Shown piece after piece: positions 58,359 to 64,000 of a DNA stretch of 64,000 bases. The stretch comes from Monocercomonoides exilis PA203 (Eukaryota; Protista; Preaxostyla), in contig LSRY02000033.1 in assembly GCA_001643675.2 (NCBI GenBank), positions 434,001-498,000 of the forward strand, written 5' to 3'. The notes below the pieces were generated by a model. The model was given only the letters and a program-made list of their open reading frames with translations, did no database searches and was not told where the DNA came from. Within the stretch, counting starts at the first letter, position 1, and every line of letters begins with the position of its first letter. The translations under genes were made by a program, and so were the position numbers.

Positions 58359-60761
58359 ATGTTCAATATTTTCGATAACACACACAACGAGACAGATGAT
58401 ATTGATTTGGATCAAGAAAATGATGATCCAATGTTAGCCGAAATATTTACGGTTCTTCCTGACATTGATAAAGAATTTGCAGTTAATTTGCTAAATGACA
58501 ATAAGGATAAAGATAATCCTGTTGCAGAAGTCTTGGAATATATTTTTTCATTGGATTATGAATACCCAAAGAAAAGTATCATTCCTGTTCAAGCAAAACC
58601 CAAAGCTTCAAAAGAATCTGAACAAATAAAAATAATTGGACCCCAATTATCTGTTAGTACAAGAAATAAACCTCCAAAAATTATTGATTATAACGATTTT
58701 TCAAGTCCAGTTGGACCTCATTATCGTTATCAAGCTTTTTCATATTTATTAACATCTTTCCCAATGTACAACCGTTTTATTCACAGACAAATTATGAACT
58801 ATTATAATAATCATCTCACGCCTTCCTGGAGACGGTTGTGGAAGCTGCACTGCTCGCTTGAAGACATGATTGAAAAAACTCAAACAATTATTTCTGATCA
58901 ATCATCCATTTCCTCTTCGCTTCAAACGTCTACTGCATCTGCAGCAACGACTTCTTTAGAAGAACAAAATAGATTAAATCCAGCAACAATAGAAATGCCA
59001 TCATCATCATCAACACCATCAACTGAAGGATGTCCAATAACACTTTCAGTTTTGAAACGAAATTACATTCAAATAAAAGGATCAAACACGACAGGTGAAA
59101 AAGAAGATGTCACGGGGCTCTTCGATGAAGATATTGCCAGGGATATTGCTGCGTTTCAAGATAATCTGAACATAGAACCTGAAGAAGAACTGCAGGATGC
59201 ATCTGAAAATAATGATGAAGGGGAAGAAGAAAGCGAGGAAATTCGACGCGCAAAGCGGGAAAGTCGAATGCAACGACTCAAAAAGCAAAAAGCAGAAGAC
59301 GAAGAGAAGTTTATCGATGAGCTGATGCACTTGAAGTTGCTGGAGAGCATGAAGACAGCCAAGAGAGAAGAGATGAAGCGACTGGAAAGAGAACGAAGGG
59401 AGATCTACGAAATAATGCAGAGCGAGCAAGAAGAGAAGCAGCGGGCAGAGCAAGCAAGCAAAGCAGCTGCCAAAGAAGCCTCCGCGCCCGAGGCCAACGA
59501 TGCTGACAAGCACATCCAGCAAGCCAGCGAAGTGAAGGCAGCCACCGCTCCCAGCGAAGCACCAGCACGCTCCACAATCCCCGTCCCTCCACCGCTGCCG
59601 GCGACTCTCGAGAAGTTCCGCACGCAGTACAAGAACAACTACACAGGAGGGCTGGCGAGCTCTTCCTCGTCGCCTGCGACGCTGCCTCGCTTCTGGACGT
59701 GCCCCATCTGCCTCAACGAGGAGTGCGTGCCGAGCGAGAGGGTGTTCTGCCAGGCGGGGCACGCAGTGTGCAAGTGGTGTGTCAAGCAGCAGATGAAGAC
59801 GGCGCTGAGCCGCGGGTACCCGACGTTCAGCTGCATGGTGAAGAAGGACTGCAACTGCGCGTACCAGGAGGCGCAGCTGGACAAGATGTTCAGTGTGACC
59901 TCGTCGACTCTGTTTTCGCGGTGGATGAAGAGCGTCTCGCTGGTCAACCTGCGGATGTCTGACATCCCCACGCTCAACTGCCCGTTCTGTGTGTATGCAG
60001 AGTCGTATGACAAGGACGCACCGATCCCTGATGTCTTCCAGTGCATGAACCCAGAGTGCGGGAGAAGGAGCTGCACACACTGCGGAAAGGCGGAACATCT
60101 CCCTGTTCCTTTGGAAGAAGCGGAAGGAAATGAGAAAGATGAGAGAAAACAGGACGATCCAGAAGGGCATAATGCAAGAAATGAACTGGCACAATCTCCG
60201 TCATCATCATCATCATCTTCTTCTACTTCCTCATCTTCATCTTCGCTGTCATCCTCATCTAAGCCCTCTCAGCCAACAATCTATGTGATCCGGATGTGCC
60301 AAGAATACGAGGACAAGCAGCGGAAGCTGGCAAAAGAGAAAGCAGAGAACGAGGAGAGGGACATTGGTGTGAAGCACCTGCACTTCATAGAGGCAGCGAT
60401 CGACAATGCGCTGATCCACCTGTGTCCGCACTGCAAGAGCCGGATAATGAAAGACGGGGGCTGCAACACGATCCACTGTGTGTGCGGGCATTTCTCGTGC
60501 TACAAGTGCAGAAAGTCGATGGAGGAGCAGTACAACCCGTCGACGCACCACACGGTGTACTCGACGAAGTGTGTGCAGTACACAGACCAGGCAGCAGATG
60601 ACGAGGAGGAGGTGAAGCAGGCGATAGCGCATGCGGAGGTGGAGTGGGCAGCGAGTCATCCGAAGTGGGTGAAGGCGGAGGAAGACGACAGGATGGTGCA
60701 GAAGCTGATGAGTGAGTATATTGCGAGAAGGGAGGTTGAGAGAAAGAAGCAGAGCTCTTAG
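58359..60761 (+). CDS. RBR-type E3 ubiquitin ligase (RNF216/TRIAD3-like) with N-terminal CUE-like segment
   Basis: RING1 CPIC..CQAGHAVCKWC..C..C; IBR CPFC..CMNPECGRRSCTHCGKAEH; RING2 CPHC..KDGGCNTIHCVCGHFSCYKC. N-terminal VLPDIDKEFA resembles CUE. Confidence 0.9.
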   Translation: MFNIFDNTHNETDDIDLDQENDDPMLAEIFTVLPDIDKEFAVNLLNDNKDKDNPVAEVLEYIFSLDYEYPKKSIIPVQAKPKASKESEQIKIIGPQLSVSTRNKPPKIIDYNDFSSPVGPHYRYQAFSYLLTSFPMYNRFIHRQIMNYYNNHLTPSWRRLWKLHCSLEDMIEKTQTIISDQSSISSSLQTSTASAATTSLEEQNRLNPATIEMPSSSSTPSTEGCPITLSVLKRNYIQIKGSNTTGEKEDVTGLFDEDIARDIAAFQDNLNIEPEEELQDASENNDEGEEESEEIRRAKRESRMQRLKKQKAEDEEKFIDELMHLKLLESMKTAKREEMKRLERERREIYEIMQSEQEEKQRAEQASKAAAKEASAPEANDADKHIQQASEVKAATAPSEAPARSTIPVPPPLPATLEKFRTQYKNNYTGGLASSSSSPATLPRFWTCPICLNEECVPSERVFCQAGHAVCKWCVKQQMKTALSRGYPTFSCMVKKDCNCAYQEAQLDKMFSVTSSTLFSRWMKSVSLVNLRMSDIPTLNCPFCVYAESYDKDAPIPDVFQCMNPECGRRSCTHCGKAEHLPVPLEEAEGNEKDERKQDDPEGHNARNELAQSPSSSSSSSSTSSSSSSLSSSSKPSQPTIYVIRMCQEYEDKQRKLAKEKAENEERDIGVKHLHFIEAAIDNALIHLCPHCKSRIMKDGGCNTIHCVCGHFSCYKCRKSMEEQYNPSTHHTVYSTKCVQYTDQAADDEEEVKQAIAHAEVEWAASHPKWVKAEEDDRMVQKLMSEYIARREVERKKQSS

Positions 60762-61052
60762 AGGAGTTGGCTGGATGAAGAAATAAAGGATATGAGGAAG
60801 TGATGAATTTGAAAAGAAGAAGAAGAAAATAAATAAAACATTGTTAATGAAATGAAAAACAACTCATAAATTTGAATGAAAAAAAAGTTGAAACAAATTA
60901 AATAAAAGGTGATGAAAATATAAAAATTTCATTCTCAACAAATCAAAAGGTTAAGAAGTGAATCAAAATCACATGAAAAAAAAAACAAAGCAATGAAATA
61001 TGCTCATTCAACAAGTTTGCCTTTTATTCATCTTCATTCATTTTCACATTTA

Positions 61053-61085
<33 letters not shown>

Positions 61086-62552
61086 TTTTTTTTAGACTAG
61101 TTTGTTTTTTTTATTTCATATGCTAATGACTCACTTCTCCTCCTTTATTTCTATGCTGAGTTCTCCAGCTAACTGGAAAGTTTGTTCTTTTTTAATTTTC
61201 CTTTCCTTTTCCTTTCCTTTTTCTTTTCTTTCCCTTTTCTTTTTGATGATCCTTACATAATTGCTCACCTTTCTTATTAGGAAATAAACCTGATTAGGTT
61301 GAATAATCTTTCCTGTTTTCATGAATCGAATACTTCATTTGCTTTTTTGCGACAACCAGATGCAACTTTATTTTTCTTTTGCATCAAACTCAATCTATCA
61401 ATGGGATTTTTTACTTTTTTAAACCTTCAATTAATCTTATTTTTTTTTCACATTGCGTGACTTTTATTTGATTTTATCGATTCAAAAATTTCTTTTCTTT
61501 TCTTTCTTTTCTTTTTTTTCAGATTTATTTTGATTTTCTTTGAGCTTTTTTATATTGAATTTATTAAACGTCATTTTCATTTGGTTATATTTTCTTTTCT
61601 TTTTAATGATGAATTTTTTTGTATTTCTATTTCTGGATTATGTTTGTTTCTCTGTTTTTTTATATTTTGAATTCCTTCTTTAAAATTTTCGTCCAATTAT
61701 GACAGTTTCTTGCTTGTCATTGATGGCTTCAACATAAATTTGAACATTACACATATTTTTTAAGCATTTCTTCAAAGCAGTTTTTCTGATGCAGTTCTTT
61801 TCAATGAATTGGCACACAAATCTTTTTTGGAATTTCCATCTGGTTGTCATTTTTGGCTTTTTTCTTTTAATCATCTCACAATTTTTTTAATGAAAGTTAC
61901 ATTATCAATATTCAAATTCCACTTAACAGAAATGTGATACGCAGCAAAAAATGAAGGGAAAAAAAGATTAAAAAATAAAAGATTCTGGAAAAATTTAGAT
62001 AAATTGAAAGAAAAATTCACAACGAGGAAAAGAAAGAAGAAGAAAAAAAGATAATGAAAAGAAAAAAAGATCAGTTAAATTAAATTCAAAATATGTCTCT
62101 ATTATAAATAAATATATATGAAAGAACTTCAGCCTCATGCACAAGAGCAAAGTCATGCAACGACTAAATGAAAAACAAAGTTTGACTATTTCTCTTTAAA
62201 ATGAAGAAGAAGAAGAATTTAATCTCATTCAATCAAAACAGGTTCTTTTCATTTCAATCACGAATAACAATCTGATTCCAAACTAATAAACCAACAAAAA
62301 AATTGTGCAAAAATCAAATTGAATCACAGATCTCATTAACATGCTTCATGGTTGTGTAACATTTTCAAATTTCTTCATCCTTTCAAATGCTTTCTCTCTC
62401 TTTCTTTCCTTTTTGTTATCGAAAAATCAAACATTTAGGCTTTATCAATAAAAAAAAATCATCAAAGATAATTTCTCGATAAATACCTAACAATTTCGAC
62501 TATTTACAATCACATCCATTCATCTCAACCGTCACATCATCACATCATCATT

Positions 62553-64000
62553 TCATTTCCTTTGCTGCTCTTTTTTTGCCCCCTTGAAATTGAGCACCAT
62601 CAAAATAACCAAAAAAATGCTTGCCACAGCAAACGCAGCAGCCAGTGATACAGTCGCTGCGATAAGAGGAGTGTTATTCCCACTCACATTCATTCCACAA
62701 ACCTCGTTGAACCAGTGCGAGTCATCTGGCTGATTCAGAAGATCTTTCCACGGAGATATAAAAGTCTGAAAATGGTGAAGAAAAAAAAAATATCCGGTTT
62801 TGAGAAAAAGAAAAAGAAAAATGAAAGATAAAAGAAAAGAAGAGAAAGATAAAAAAAGAATGAACTGATGAACTTTGCAAAAACGAGTATTGTTCACACT
62901 TCAAAAGGACAGAATTCCTCATTGCTTGGACAATGGTTCGGGACAAATGAAGTCAGATTCAGCCTTTTTGGATCATTGTCAATGTTGAAGTCAGTTCTAA
63001 TTCTGACGAACACATTCGAAGCAGCCGACTTAGAAACAGAGCTATTTTCACGAGGATTATAAATATCTCTTTCTCTTTCTCTTTCTCTGTCTCTCCCTCT
63101 TTCTCTTTCATCTGCAGAGTCGCGATGATGTACCTGTTCTCTTTCATTATTAATGTGAAGCTCGAATGCAGCAATAGCACCATAAGACGGGTTTTGAGCC
63201 ATCTCTAAGCCGAGGCAGCCAATCAGAAAGCGCAGAGAGGAGTCGTGGCAGGCAAAATGAGACAGAAGCATGTGGGAGTCTGGTGGATTTCGTGACTCAG
63301 ACGAAATGACTTCTTTCATTTCCTTTATTAACTTTACAAACAATCAAACATAAAAACATACAATAGGCAAAAAACAAGACAAAAAACCAAAAAATAATAA
63401 AGTTAAAAGAAAATTAAACTCTTTCAAAAGAAATCATAATTAAATGAACCTTAGCCATAAAATATCCAGATGATGCTTCACAATAATTTCTATTACCAAT
63501 TGGTGTGTAGAGGGAGGTTACTAATGATTATGTAAACAAGAGAAAGCAAAACACCATTCATTAGATGATAATGAAAAATACATTTTAACATAATTTCAGA
63601 GAGAGAGAGAAAAAAGCAGAACATAAAAATTTATCGTTGAAATAAATATCGCAAACATCCATTGTAAAGAGATGTAAATTCTCTTAAATCATCTTCAGTC
63701 ATTCCTTTTGGAAGAGGCAAACTTTTATCACAAAATCGCAAACACATGTAATAATAAAAGAATTATAAAAGATAGTAATAAAAAACATCATCAAAAATAC
63801 TTGTGGAATCGTTGATATCTAACAGCATCCACCAATTCTGCTATTTGGTATCCCTCTGCCTTCAATCCAGTTAACTTGAACAATTTTTCTATCGTCTCTT
63901 TGTTTTTTTTCATGAAATTTTCAAGGATGCTGGACTCCTGAATCTTGTAAATTTCATCTAACGCTCTTCGACTATCAAAAATAATTCCAAAACATGAAGG
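62553..64000 (-). CDS. Histidine acid phosphatase (lysosomal/prostatic type), 3' part only, with C-terminal TM
   Basis: SHFACHDSSL (HD motif), PSYGAIAAFELH, VFVRI, CP...CPFE, then a TM helix and basic tail. The 5' exons with RHG lie beyond the window. Confidence 0.8.

Noticed and set aside
32773-60761. Functional cluster of ubiquitin-system genes (UBX, RAD23, RBR)
   Set aside because: They are separated by unrelated genes and belong to large common families; co-location is plausibly chance.
61131-61874. Two short minus-strand ORFs that might be exons
   Set aside because: No recognisable domain and no convincing spliced model.

Overview
Eukaryotic, intron-containing, gene-dense window with AT-rich intergenic DNA. 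It uses the standard code (TAA, TAG and TGA all act as stops) and short GT-AG introns. Gene content and style (giant Pmp-like beta-helix surface protein, Ser-rich low-complexity tails, flagellar CCDC39 and LC8) suggest a flagellated protist, probably an oxymonad such as Monocercomonoides; this is inference. About 16 protein genes are supported: a giant repeat surface protein, CCDC39, a multi-TM protein, a large coiled-coil protein, importin-alpha-like, dynein LC8-like, FAF1/UBX, hexokinase, DHHC palmitoyltransferase, histone H2B, a second coiled-coil protein, PAP2 phosphatase, RAD23, PPP phosphatase, RBR E3 ligase and a partial histidine acid phosphatase. Intergenic regions hold a decayed pogo/Fot1-type DD35D transposase, two MITE/foldback elements and two long perfect palindromes. 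The best lead is that the two palindromes are unrelated in sequence yet share one asymmetric right-end architecture: perfect arm, 1 nt, then a second terminal copy with one mismatch. The second lead is a 1014-bp G-rich cassette repeated identically 2.4 times, in register, inside the giant surface protein gene.
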